DNA of 64,000 nt from Felis catus (GCF_018350175.1 NC_058368.1:118174001-118238000); one strand, 5' to 3'. Counted from the first letter of the stretch, positions 48,770-60,935 are shown. Notes: generated from the sequence alone by a model not told the origin. Numbers and translations: made by a program.

Positions 48770-48885
48770 ATGAGCCCTGGGTCCTGCTTCGGATTCTATA
48801 TCTCCTTCCCTCTCTCTGCCCCTCCCCAACTTGTGCTCTGTCTCTCTCTCAAAGATAAATAAACATTAAAAAAATTGTTTTAATA
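48770..48885 (+). mobile_element. 5'-truncated SINEC adjoining a MIR (about 48630-48770)
   Basis: cctgcttcggattct...(CT)n...aaataaacattaaaaaaa. Confidence 0.85.
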
Positions 48886-48906
48886 AAATAAAATACATTT
48901 GCTATC

Positions 48907-49025
48907 GGGGCGCCTGGGTGGCTCAGTCAGTTAAGCGTCTGACTTTGGCTCAGATCATGATCTCACAGTTCCTGGGTTCAAATCCCACATCGGGCTCTAC
49001 ACCAACTGTATGGAGCCTGCTTGGG

Positions 49026-49062
<37 letters not shown>

Positions 49063-49125
49063 TTGCCCCTCCTTGACTTGTGCTTTCTCTCTCTCTCAAA
49101 ATAAATAAACTTAAAAAAAATAAAA
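48907..49125 (+). mobile_element. SINEC
   Basis: Canonical head, body and tail. Confidence 0.93.
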
Positions 49126-49156
49126 AGAGCTTAGTGTTAAAAAAATACATTTGCTG

Positions 49157-49382
49157 TTTTTTTTTTTAATTTTTTTTTTCAACATTTATTTATTTTTGGG
49201 ACAGAGAGAGACAGAGCATGAACGGGGGAGGGGCAGAGAGAGAGGGAGACGCAGAATCGGAAACAGGCTCCAGGCTCTGAGCCATCAGCCCAGAGCCTGA
49301 CGCGGGGCTCGAACTCATGGACCGCGAGATCGTGACCTGGCTGAAGTCGGACGCTTAACCGACTGCGCCACCCAGGCGCCCC
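49157..49382 (-). mobile_element. Young SINEC with TSD tacatttgctgttttt
   Basis: CpG-rich, near-consensus copy. Confidence 0.95.
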
Positions 49383-50010
49383 TACATTTGCTGTTTTTGT
49401 AAGATCCCCTTCCATTTGCTGTCCTCAGGACCCTAAAGTTTCCCCCTGGGGGGATCCTGAATGACCATGAGCACGTTAAAGGCAGAGCTGGGCCTTTTGT
49501 CTCTGTAAAGTCCTGGCACATGGACATGACCATGAAAAAGAGCCCAAATAGGTAAAATCAGACTGTGATATGGTGGGGAGTTTTAAGTTTAGGCTTGAAG
49601 GATAAATGAAAACCTGCTAATATTATTTTATATCCTGATGATTTTCACTAACAATATCAGGATTTTTACCTTAGTGCTGTCATGAATATAAATCCTTGCA
49701 CAAAATGTGTCTTAAGCATAAAACATATCCTGGAAGTTAAAGTTATTTTAAAAATGAAAATACCTTTATTTTTTCCTGTGTATAAACAGATCTACTTATA
49801 CGAAGAATTGTGCTTTTTAAAAATCACAACTTTACTTTAAAAGAAAGAAAAAATTTAAAAACTTCCCAAAGCCACCCACCCAGATATAAGGAACTGGTAA
49901 CAGTCGATTAACATACTTCCTCATGTCTTTATGTACATATACACAAACAGACATGGATAAGGACATATGGATATAGACTGATGATGTTACCAAAATGGCG
50001 GTATAGTTGC

Positions 50011-50231
50011 CTTTTTAAATGTTTATTTATTTTGAGAGAGAGAGAGAGACAGGGAGAGAGAGAGCACAAGCAGAGGAGGGGCAGAGAGAGATGGAGACCC
50101 AGAATCTGAAGCAGGCTCCAGGCCCCGAGCTGTCAGCACAGAGCCTGACGTGGGACTTGAACTCATGAACCATGAGATCATGACGTGCGCCCAAGTCAGA
50201 CGCTCAACAAACTGAGCCACCTGGGCACCCC
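50011..50231 (-). mobile_element. SINEC
   Basis: Reverse-complement element. Confidence 0.92.
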
Positions 50232-50239
50232 ATATCTGC

Positions 50240-50458
50240 TTTTTTTTAAGTTTATTTATTTATTTTGAGAGAGAGAGAGAGAACACAAGCAGGGGAGGGG
50301 CAGAGAGAGAGAGAGAGGGAGAGAGAAAGAATCCCCAGCAGACTCTGCACCATCAGTGTGGAGACCAGTGCAGGGCTCCATCCCACAAACGGTGAGATCC
50401 TGACCTGAGCTGAAACCAAGAGTCAGACACTTAACCAACTGAGCCACCCAGACACCCC
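50240..50458 (-). mobile_element. SINEC
   Basis: Reverse-complement element. Confidence 0.92.
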
Positions 50459-51734
50459 TGCTCTAATTTCTTTTTTTAAAAATGGAAAATAAAGCTGTGA
50501 AAACATTTAATCTCACAAGAAAATACAAGTTAAAAATGATTTAACATGTTGGCTATAATAACTGCAAAGAACAAAAAGATTTACAATGCTTAATATTGGT
50601 GAGAGCATAGGAAATAGACACTTGCGTGCACTGTTGTGAGATAAATTGGTGGACATTTTCTGAGGGTAGTTAGGCAATATGTATTACCTTTGACCCAGCA
50701 ATTTCACTGGTAGGAATTGACCCTTAGGAGATACCTGGGCAAGGGTAAAACAGTATTTTCAACGATGGTCTTTGCAGGATTGCACGTAATGGTAACATTC
50801 GAAGCAACCTAAATCTTCATGGAAAGGTGATTGGTTCAAGTAGGTAGTGGTACATCCCTACAGTGGAATTGAGGGCAGCTTCCAATTTATCAAGCTGGAA
50901 AGAGTGCTATAACATATTAAATAGTACAGTTGCTTTAAAAATATCTACCAATGATTACTGTTTCACTGGGAGTTCATTGGTTGGAGAGTGGGAAGAGCCC
51001 CAGGAATTTGAACTTCCTATTTGTCAAGATTTTAGAATACATTTATTGTATTTGGATGTAAAATACTTATGCTGTATATTGACTTTGCCCCCGTTCTAAG
51101 GCATGTGATCTCTGTATTATCTCTTCCCCCACAGTGGTTGTTGATTCCCTTTCAGGTGGTTTCCAGGCTTCTTCTTCATTATTCTTAATTTGTGGGCATG
51201 TTTGTGTACTTGACTGTGAGCCCTACTTAGGGAAGAGGTGGAGTCTTGTCAGCTTTGTGTCTCCCCACCCCCAGACACAGAACCTTGCAAATTACAGGGG
51301 CTCGCCAGCAAGGTGGTGAGCTTAACTTGATTCTTGAGATTGTAGAAAGCAGTCTGTAAAGTTCCCTTTGATTAGTAAGGAACTACGTAACAGGAAGCTT
51401 CCTGCTTCTTATTCATTTGCAGTCAAGGGCCTTGACAACTGGGTGAGACACTTTGGGTCATTTTAGAATAAGACGGGACATAGTTGTAATATTTAGCTGG
51501 GTGACTCTGCTGCCTCTAGAGGAACGTATCCAGACGTTAGCGTTTGCTGCACAGTGTCAGGTGTGGGAGGAGGTAGGAAGTTTTGGACCTGTGTGGGTTG
51601 CCCGCTCCCCTGTAGGGAGGGTACCCCATGACACCCCTCAGTGGGCGTCAGGCCTGTGTTCTGTGACGAAGCTGAGGGTGGCCACGTCCCTCACCTGATG
51701 TCTCCATTGAACTAGAGCGGTCGACACACTCAGA

Positions 51735-51840
51735 ATGGCTGAGTCACAGGCTGAGTCAGCAGGCCAGCTCGGAGATGCTCCAGCCCAACCCCACCAGGAT
51801 TTGTCAGGGGTTGTTAAGCGCTTGGTGCATTGCCAGCAGC
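51735..51840. promoter_or_regulatory. Tandem AP-1/ARE sites plus an NFI-like palindrome in FGF1 intron 2
   Basis: TGAGTCA at 51740-51746 and 51752-51758; TTGGT-N5-GCCAG at 51822-51836. Confidence 0.5.
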
Positions 51841-52769
51841 CTGGAGATGCACAGTTGATTCATGACTATTTTAAAAATTATTTTCTTTTTTTATATTTTA
51901 GCATGCTGTTTTCCCCTCAACTATTTGGGTGACATATATCCACTGTAGGAAATTTAGGAAATACAGGAAGGCATTCACATATTATAAAATTGGCTACTTA
52001 TCACCCTTAGAGATAAATGCATTAATGTTTTGATATATATGTATCCTTTCATTATGAAATCTAAAATATGTCATCATTTTATATAACCTTTCATGATTAA
52101 TAGAAAATATTTCATTAGTTTTAAAAATAATATGTCCTTTCCACAGGCATAAGCATTTGTATCAAGATGGATTAATACCTAAAACTGCCTGAGAGCATGA
52201 GGTAGAGCTCTGAGATATTTTAGAAATTGTAATTTATTAATGGAGAAGCATATCAATTATTAGGCATAATATATTAAGATTACCCTCAATATTTCAGGTG
52301 AAGCACAGTGATGGGCAGGACTATGATGGGAGCCTAGAGGAAATTGGGTTTGGGTGTTCTTCCTCAATATTTTTATACAAATAAAAGAAGGTTATAATAA
52401 GCATCAAAACGGATTTAAAAGAGGAAAAGCCATAAACTGTAAATATAACCTAGGAAATAATGAGGATAAAGGATTTATAAACTTATTATTTGTCTTCTAG
52501 CTCTCACTGATGAAGCACCTCCCCCATTTGCCAGCAACATTGGTGGGTGGGTTCTGTGCATTGTCTCTCTGACCCCTCTTAACCCCTGTGTGTGGTAGTG
52601 ACCATCCATTACTATCCTTATTTTAGACAAGGCTCAGAGTGGGCAAGTAACTTGCTGAAGTTGCAGAGAATTGAGATTCAGTTGTGAGTCCAAGATTTAG
52701 TGATTGGTTGGTTGGTTGATTGATTTTATTACCAACTGGAAGAACCACCTTTAAGAAAAATCTACTTCA

Positions 52770-52893
52770 AGGGCCACCTGGGTGGCTCAGTCTGTTGAGC
52801 ATCTGACTCTTGATTTTGGCTTGGGTCATGATCCCACAGTCGTGGGATTGAGTCCCACATTGGGCTCTGCACTGAGTATGGAGCCTGCTTGGG

Positions 52894-52941
<48 letters not shown>

Positions 52942-53005
52942 CCCATCTGCCCCTCTCCCCCACTTGTGCTTTCTCTCTTTCTCAAATGAATGAATGAATA
53001 AAAAG
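52770..53005 (+). mobile_element. SINEC with long (CT)n
   Basis: Canonical head, body and tail. Confidence 0.92.
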
Positions 53006-54050
53006 AAAAATGTGCTTCCATGTAGCAGTCAAAGTCTAGCTCCAAACTCTTTAAAGTTGTCCCATTTGATACAGATTTCAGCAAACAGGCTACAGGAGGT
53101 GGCCCATTGCTCCTGACTTGTAGCAGGAGCTACAAGTCACACTATATTTACATCCCAAACCCTGGCTGAAGTTACAGCTTCGGGAGACAGTTTTCTGTGC
53201 CTGCTGCCAGTTGGCAATTTGATTTAAGTTAAAGAGAGCCTCAGACCAACCCCCTCCTACCACTGCCTTTTTGTAGACATCTCCAAAAGGGACAAAAAGG
53301 AGTCTGGCCAAGTCTCAATGATCAGTTGTTAGGATAAAGAGAGAGGATCATTGAAATTGAGAAATAATTTCAAAACTTGTGTCCATTGGCTTTAGTTCTC
53401 TTTCCATTGAGATCTTTTACCAAAGGTACCACGAGGGGCAAAATCAGATTGTCTGTTTCTATTCTTTTCTCACAAAGGTCAGTATGTACTGAGTCAAACC
53501 TGTATAAAACATCAACCAGGAGAGAGAGGGAGTAGAAGATGTTGAGGATTTTTAGCTACTGAATAAACTCTCAGACCGTGCTTCTCAAGGACAGGGATGT
53601 GGCTCATTTGTCTTCACAGCCCTTCATACTTAGACACGGGAGGCACTCAATACATGTTTGTTGGATGACGTATCCCATGCTAGAGTCTGGGCTTGATAAT
53701 TTTTGTGAAAAGCATAGAGAGTGTGGTGGGGCTCCAGAAACATGTTTGGAGTGAATGAATGAAATGGGAATAGGTATTCTGAAATGACTGACTGGTGCGT
53801 TACTAAAATTTCAGTCAACGTCTCCTCTGTGTCTCCGTGATAATTCATTCGAGTATTTTGAGAGAATATCACAAGAAGCTCTTTCATGTCTGAGCCTAAA
53901 ATAAAGCAGGGTAGAGGGTGGGAATCTTGCTGGAAAAAATAACAAACAGAGACTAATTGCTGCTTTACACTTTGCATCACTCAACGTAACAAGATTTCTG
54001 GAAACCTCCAACCCTGGCCGTGTCTGGAAGCATGTCAGCCTCATACTTAC

Positions 54051-54154
54051 TGAGCCGTACAAAAGCCCGTCGGTGTCCATGGCCAAGTACTGGCCAGTCT
54101 CGGTACTCTTTATATACACCTCCCCCACGCTTTCCGCACTGAGCTGCAGCTGAA
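54051..54154 (-). CDS. FGF1: FGF1 coding exon 2 (104 nt; [35 protein letters not shown])
   Basis: Minus-strand translation matches the known FGF1 core. Acceptor is ttatttttatttcag|TTCAG and donor is TCA|gtaagt. The 104-nt length equals the known middle exon. Confidence 0.98.
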
Positions 54155-54829
54155 CTGAAATAAAAATAACACGAGCAAAAGTAAATAAACACTAAAGCTT
54201 TGGCGATAGGACCTGGCGGCCAGGACAGTTAGCCATGGAAAATTCTGCTCATTCATTTTGCAGTGCCCTCAAGGATGAGCCTCAAATTAATCAAAACATT
54301 GAAATACAGTTCCTTTTTCTTTGCCCTCCAAAGAAAGCTGTCCTTTGGGAATTATGTTCTTGAGAGAAGGAGAGATGATGGCAGGCGTGCCCACCATCCC
54401 CCTGTTTGTTACACAGTGACCCCTCATGCACTTCCTCTGTCCCTGTCCCCTGGCAGGAAATAACCATAGGAGGAAGCGACATTTGCTTTCCTAGGTGCTG
54501 TAGAGTGGGCAATTGGCCAGCCTGAGTATGTACTCCTTCAATTATCAGCCTGCTTTGGGGACGCCTTTTTATAGCCCCAGCCTGTTAGGCATGGGAGCTT
54601 CTCATGGACAGATTGTTATGAAAAAAATCTGATCCCGCTAGCTTGCCATACAGAGGGTTTTCCCAGGAAGTTGGATTGGTTGGTGCATCTGAAACTCAGG
54701 GAACTCTCCCACAGTGAAGTTCAGTCAACTCCCAGCCTCTGTGGCGGCCCAGCTGGGATAGAGGCAGAGGGGAACGCCAGCTTCTCATTGGGAAGACAAA
54801 GCAGTTGCCTGGGAATGCAGGGATGGGAA

Positions 54830-55047
54830 CAGTGGTTCTCACCCTGGGGTGATTTCGTTCATCAAGCGACAGTTGACCATGTCCAGAGACATTTTTGGTT
54901 GTGCAGGCTGCAGTGAGAGTTATGGTACTGGCGTCTGGTCGTAGAGGCCAAGGATGTTATGACACATTTTGCAATGCACAGGGCAGCCCCCACAACAAGA
55001 AATTATCCATCCCAGAAGGTCAGTAGTGCTGAGGTTGAGAAACTGTG
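54830..55047 (+). mobile_element. MER20 hAT DNA transposon, near full length
   Basis: Terminal inverted repeats cagtggttctca...tgagaaactgtg; internal gagacatttttggttgt and atgcacagggcagcccccacaac; 218 nt. Confidence 0.85.
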
Positions 55048-56359
55048 AGGTTGAAGGCAAGGACATGAGTTCCTCTGAGTTAGTCTCCCCATTTACACCG
55101 ATTGATACCCCAGAGGAGCTTTGCCCACTGCTGGACAACTAACTGGAGTGTGATACCCATTCAATAATTATTCATTTGTTCATTTGTTCAAATAATTATT
55201 CATTATTCATTTGTTCATCCTTCCCATGGTAGTTCTGGAGGGAGAGATCTTTTGATGGCTAGCATTTGAGAATCAAAATTAATTCTGAACTCCCTGGACA
55301 ATTTCTTTGGCCACTAGACTGTCACAACCATCGTTAGGAGTGAAACCTGCCTAAGGACCAGTGAGCACCCAGTTCTCCAGGAGGACAAACTGACCTCCCT
55401 AAAGGTCAGCTTACTCAAGGGCTGAGGGGCAGGGTGGGCTGGAAGGAACATTGGGCTTTGGTCGGCAGATGGGGACTCCTCATTGCCTTTTCTTTGTTTT
55501 CATGTTTTATTTAATTTCTTTGAAGAAGAAATACATTCCCATGCGTCAAACCTGGAAACCGTGTAAGAGGAGACTCTGAGGACTCTCCCTTCTGTTGCCT
55601 CTACCCCCCAGCCCCTACTTGCAACTGACGGGGATACAGTGGTAAACAGGATGGATGAGACCCTTGTCCTTCCTCCAAGGATACGTTCATTCTCAGGGGG
55701 TGGGGAAAGACAGAGACAAACAAGTAAACCCCTCCTAGATATATTTTATGTGTATCCTTCTAGAGAGATCTTAGGTATATATGAGCAACTCCGTGTTATC
55801 TTTCCTGCCTTTCTTTTTTTTGTTTTTTTTTTTTACATAAATGGTGTGATATACATACAACTATATACCTTGTTTTGTTTTGCTTGTCTGTTTGCTTAGA
55901 AATTAACTGGAGAGCTTTCCAGTTCAGTACTGAAAGAGTTAACCGCGTTCTTTTTGCCCCTTGAATTGTGTTCTACCATGTGGCTATACCATAACCATTT
56001 AACCACTTCCTTATTAATATGTCTGTATTTTCCCATTTCCCTCTGTTTTCTCTATCTTATGATTCATCCCAAGGGTGATACATAGTTCCATCACCCTTAC
56101 CCAAGATGCAGTTCTCTTGTCTTTGGAGGTGTTTGCTACAGAGACTCGGGTCTCCTGTAGCTTCCTGTGGTCAGTGGAGTTTAATCCACTGGAAGGAAAC
56201 TGGAAGCTACTGATCTCCTTTCCCACGGGTCCTTCTGACATGGGTTACTCAGAGAGGGTAGTCATGATAGAACGGGCCAAAAGGCCTCCATCCTGACTGG
56301 GGCCTCCCCTCTAGCCTCATACCACACCACACACTCACTCACTCACCTTGCCCCACTCA

Positions 56360-56822
56360 CTTAGCTCTCCCAACACATCAAGCTGTTTCCTGCCTCAGGA
56401 TTCTTGCCTGCATTCTACCCTTTGTCTGGCACCTTCTTCCTCCCAATATTGACGAAATTGGCCCTTCTCCTCCTCCAGGCCCCAGCCTAAATGCTCCCAA
56501 CTTGGAGAGGCCTTTCCTGCCCAAATCCCCTATGACTAGCTGTACAGAGACCCTCCACCCACTGCCCCTGCCAATGCCACCTTATGATCTTCACATGATC
56601 ATCTGGCTTAGTCCTTTGTTTGTTTCCTTCACGGCACTTTATACGGCGTACAGTTATTTTCGCCATTTAACAGTTTACTGGTTTATTTCTGCCTCCCCAG
56701 GAGAGTGTATACCTGGGGAAAAGGGCAGGGATCTTCTCTGGCCTGTTCCCCGTAGGTCTCCAGCACCTCACACAGTGCCCTGCGCAACGGTTCAGCCAAC
56801 ATATGTGTGCCGAATGAATGAT
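56360..56822 (+). mobile_element. L2 3' fragment
   Basis: ttcctgcctcaggattcttgc...gagaggcctttcctg...ccagcacctcacacagtgcc...gaatgaatga. Confidence 0.7.
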
Positions 56823-57104
56823 GTTAGGCTAATATCTGCAGAGATGATCCTACTGGTCCATCATCAATAAGCCATGCACTTTGAATTATGTTTCCAGTCA
56901 TGCTTTGTGGAGTGAAGTAAGAGGGACCAAGCGGAGAGCTTTACAGGCTCTTCTACCAGCCAGCTGGGTGACCTTGGCGAGGCTCCTTCATCTCAAGGCC
57001 ACAGTCTATCAGTAACATGGGTAGGGTTTATATTCAGTCTCTAAAGTTTTTTCCCAGCTCTAACAGTCTATGAAGCAAGTAAATGCCTTTAATAGCAATG
57101 ATGC

Positions 57105-57372
57105 ACACAACAGAATAGTGTGTGGCCGTAAAAGGGAATCAAGTACTGGTAGGTGCTACAGTGTGGATGAACCTTGACCACAGGCTCAGTGAGAGAAGCT
57201 GGTCACAAAGGACCACTTATTTTATGATTCTATTTCAGTGAAAGTTCCTGAAATTACAGACCCAGAGAGACAGGACATAGATTAGTGATAGGCAGGAGCT
57301 GAGGAGGAAGGTGGAGAGAGCAAAGGAGACATTATGGTTGAGAGGTATAGGGTTTCATATCTCAATAAAACT
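57105..57372 (+). mobile_element. Old L1 3' end
   Basis: aaaagggaatcaagtactg...tggatgaaccttga...tttatgattctattt...tatctcaataaa. Confidence 0.75.
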
Positions 57373-58221
57373 TTTTTTTTTTAGTACCCTGTATTTTCAT
57401 TGAACTTGATGGTTTACATAGAAGTTGTACATAGATTTTTCTGTCAATTTATCAGCATAATCCTGTATGTTTAAGAGAGACAAAAGGAAGGAACTAACTG
57501 TGTATTGATCACCTATAATGTGCCAGGCATTGTGGTAGTTTCTATCCTGGTATAAATAGTATAAAATTATAGCATGGGTTCCAGAATCAAACTACATGAA
57601 TTGCAATTCTGGCTTGGCTACGATATGTGATCATTGGTCAAATTATTCAGCTCTGTTACCTTATGCGTAATGATAGTACCTGCTTCATGGAGTTGTTTTG
57701 AGGATTAAATGATCTAATATATGGAGAGTGCTGAGGACCGTTACTGTCATTTCCACTGAGCTATGGTGACCTCATTGCTTCTCACAGCATTCCCTGTTGG
57801 AAGATGGCAGTGGCTTTGTCCTACAGGTGAGGAGACCGAAGCTTGCTGAAAGCATATTTTACTCAACATTATACTTATAATCAGGAAAAACATCGTGACC
57901 AGAGCCCAGCTTTGAGTATTTCAAGTATCCTGCTTTTTCTTCTCTTTCATACAACACCTTGGGACCCAGTGATGGGGAAGATGGGTCCAAATCCAGCCAA
58001 ATTCCCTTTCTTGCACCCACTTATGTTCAAACAAGACGTACAAGATGGCAGATGGTCATCCAGGATCCCATTTGTAGCTACGGAACGGAATGATGTTAGT
58101 TGCCTGGGGCTTTTTTCCACCTACCACCCATATGTGTAGGTATTGAGTCAAACACATTCTAGATGCTACAGGAATCCCATAGGGCAGGTCCTTTTGGGTA
58201 ATCAAGGAAGATTTTTTTTTT

Positions 58222-58405
58222 TTTAAGATAGACTTTATATTTTAAAGCAGTTTTTGGTTCACAGCAAAAATGAAGAGAAGGTACAGTGATTTCCCATGTA
58301 CCCCTTGCCGTCACACACGTGTAGCGCCCCGTTATCAACTCCCCCGTCACAGTGGTACATGGGTTACACACGATGGACCTAAACACTGACATGTCAGTAT
58401 CATCA
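58222..58405 (-). mobile_element. Old L1 3'-end fragment, CpG-enriched
   Basis: gactttatattttaaagcagtttttggttcacagcaaaaatgaagagaaggtacag...agtggtacat...gatggacct. Confidence 0.8.
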
Positions 58406-58479
58406 AGGAGGATTTTCAAAAAGCTTTTCATTTCCTAGTTCATTTGTGTTCTGCGGCTTACATAGCCTGCATTTGTCTT

Positions 58480-59135
58480 TCTGTGGGGGTAGGTAGAGTC
58501 GACTTTGGACTCCCATCTTGGCCGCGTGAGGGCCTCACGGAGGTAAACACGAGCCAGGGCTGCTTGGCACGGGGACGCAGTCCTCGGCCGTGAGCCCCCA
58601 CACCAGGGTTGCTGCACTGGTGAGAGTTCGTCTCAAGAGTTTCCTCTGTAAATATTATTTCTCCAGGATGTCCAAGTTTCATAGCTCATTTTCACTGGAT
58701 TTCTTTCTGGCGAAGTTTCCTAAACATATATCCTCTGCGAGCAGGCCTGGCAGGAAGGAGTAACACCCAGCCGGGGCCGCTCGTGTAACCGACGAGGCGT
58801 CCAGCTCCCCAGGGTGACTTCATTCCAGTTTTCTAAACTTACAGTCTCCCGCAGCTGCTGCTGAGGAGGGGAGCGGGAAGGGGGCGTGTGAGAGAGGGGG
58901 GCTCTCAAGTAGGGAGGGGCCGGCCCCACAGCCCGGCTGAAGCGGAGGCTCCTCCCCCTCGGAGCAGGGCCAGGGGCCTGGAAAGGCTCTCAGTCAACAC
59001 GCGTTCACCGACCGTCCGTTGCGTGCTGGGGACCGTGCCCTGTGCCACACACCGACCCTACCGCAGGAGCCTCGGGGGTTCAGACCCTGAAATGATAAAG
59101 TCAGACCACAGAACCCCTCCCCGCACTCGCTTTTG
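58480..59135. promoter_or_regulatory. CpG-island-like GC-rich block in FGF1 intron 1; candidate enhancer
   Basis: Dense CpGs outside any SINE; motifs GTAAACA (FOX), CATTCCA (TEAD) and a GC box (ggaggggccgg). Confidence 0.5.
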
Positions 59136-59512
59136 AGCTAAAAACGAACACAAGTGCAACAACTACAACAGAGACTCTTTCTCATGTATGGGTATTAGGT
59201 ATTATTAGTTAGAGCAGATATGCCTATGGATGGGGTAGATGCAAAAAGCTGAAAGTAATGTGTGCTGAAAACAGCACATTGCAAAAGCATATTTCTAGTA
59301 AATCCTTGAAGAAATTCTGTAAAAAACACAAAACAATGTGCATAGCTCATGAATATATAGGGAGTAAGATAGGAAAGTGTGCATTGGCTTCAGACCAAAT
59401 TCATACCAGTTGCTGCCATGAGGAGGATGAGAAGAAGGGCCAAGTCTGAGGACTGCTGGTGGGAGGAACTTCCCCTTTGTCCTAGCTCTTCATTTCCTTA
59501 CAAACACAATTC

Positions 59513-59744
59513 TTTTTTTTTTTTTTTAATTTGAAAAAAATTTGTTTAATGTTTATTCATCTTTGAGAGACAGAGCATGAGAAGGGGAGAGGCACAGAGA
59601 GAAAGGGAGACACAGAATCCGAAGCAGGCTTCAGGCTCTGAGCTGCTAGCCCAGAGCCTGATGCAGGGCTCGAACTCATGAACTGGGAGATCATGACCTG
59701 AGCCCATGTTGGATGTTTAACCAACTGAGTCACCCAGGCGCCCC
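59513..59744 (-). mobile_element. SINEC
   Basis: Reverse-complement element. Confidence 0.92.
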
Positions 59745-60370
59745 AACAAACCTAATTCTGAGGCAAGAACAGCCAGTGGGTGACCCTGGCTCAGTTTGGG
59801 TGATGGGGCTGCTGCTGATCGTGGCTCACTCCTTTCCGGAGCAGTAGTTGATGGATGAGGCTCAGCACAAATACTGATGGGCAAATACTCAGAGCTGGCC
59901 ATGATTCCAGTTCTTGCCCCTGATGACCCCTGCTGTGCCTTACGACCCAGCTCAGGCTTGACCCAAGCACCATGTAGACCTGAACGTAGGTATCCATGAA
60001 GGTGACTCCCTTGACGGTTGACAGGGAGCCAGAAAAGCTGATAAGGCAGGACAGGGCTGAGGGGCCTCTAGGGCCACACATTCTCTGCTCAGTTTCCTTT
60101 TCTGCCACATTGCACCAGGTTAACTAACACCTGAGCAAAAGGGAAGGAACACTTTTCTTTATCCCATGCGGGGAATTTAGGACTTGTAGTCTGTAACAGG
60201 AAGGTCCCTGGCTCTCACACGTCCCAAGGATGAAGGGGCAAGGACTTTTCAAAAAATGAAGACAAGTCATTTCATCCACAGAGTATGTATTGTTCCATAC
60301 TTCCGAAATGGGAATAGGAACTTCTGCACTAGCAGAAGAAATGGAAACAGTTCTTAATTAAAAAAATTTT

Positions 60371-60573
60371 GGGGGGCGCCTGGGTGGCTCAGTCCGTTGA
60401 GCGTCCGACTTCGGCTCGGGTCATGATCTCGCGGTTTGTGAGGTCGAGCCCCGCGTCGGCTCTGTGCTGACAGCTCAGAGCCTGAAGCCTCTTAGGATTC
60501 TGTATCTTTCTCTCTCTCTCTGCCACTCCCCCACTCATGCTCTGTCTTTCAAAAATAAATAAACATTAAAAAA
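60371..60573 (+). mobile_element. SINEC
   Basis: CpG-rich canonical copy. Confidence 0.93.
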
Positions 60574-60935
60574 ATTTTTTTTTAATTTGTTATTTTATTT
60601 TATTTATTTATTTTTAAATTTCTTTGTTACGGCCACCAGTTCACACAGCCCCCAGGGCCCGCACAAGCACAGAGGCCCTGCCCCTGCCTGGGGCTCTTGC
60701 CTTCTCTATCCCCAGCCCGCCTCTTATCTGCCCCCGCTCACCAGCAATTTTTTGAAACATACTCTAGAAATATGTTTCTTAGAGAAATTCACATTTATAA
60801 AGCATTGTAAAAAATGTCCTAAAAGAAGGTCGTAAATGTTAGCTTGGTGGATTTGTGACCATCATGTCTTCTTTACTAGGAATGCATTAGGGAGTGCTGG
60901 TTTGGGAATGGCCTGTTTATCAAAAATAGATGTCA

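Larger units (their letters stand above)
48571..54050 (-). other. FGF1: FGF1 intron between coding exons 2 and 3 (5480 nt, GT-AG)
   Basis: Bounded by the gtaagt donor and the tttttag acceptor; phase 0. Confidence 0.95.

Noticed and set aside
53811..54128. 105-aa ORF starting [12 protein letters not shown] as a standalone gene
   Set aside because: It is FGF1 exon 2 read through the gtaagt donor into the intron; the 'start' is an internal GTG (Val).
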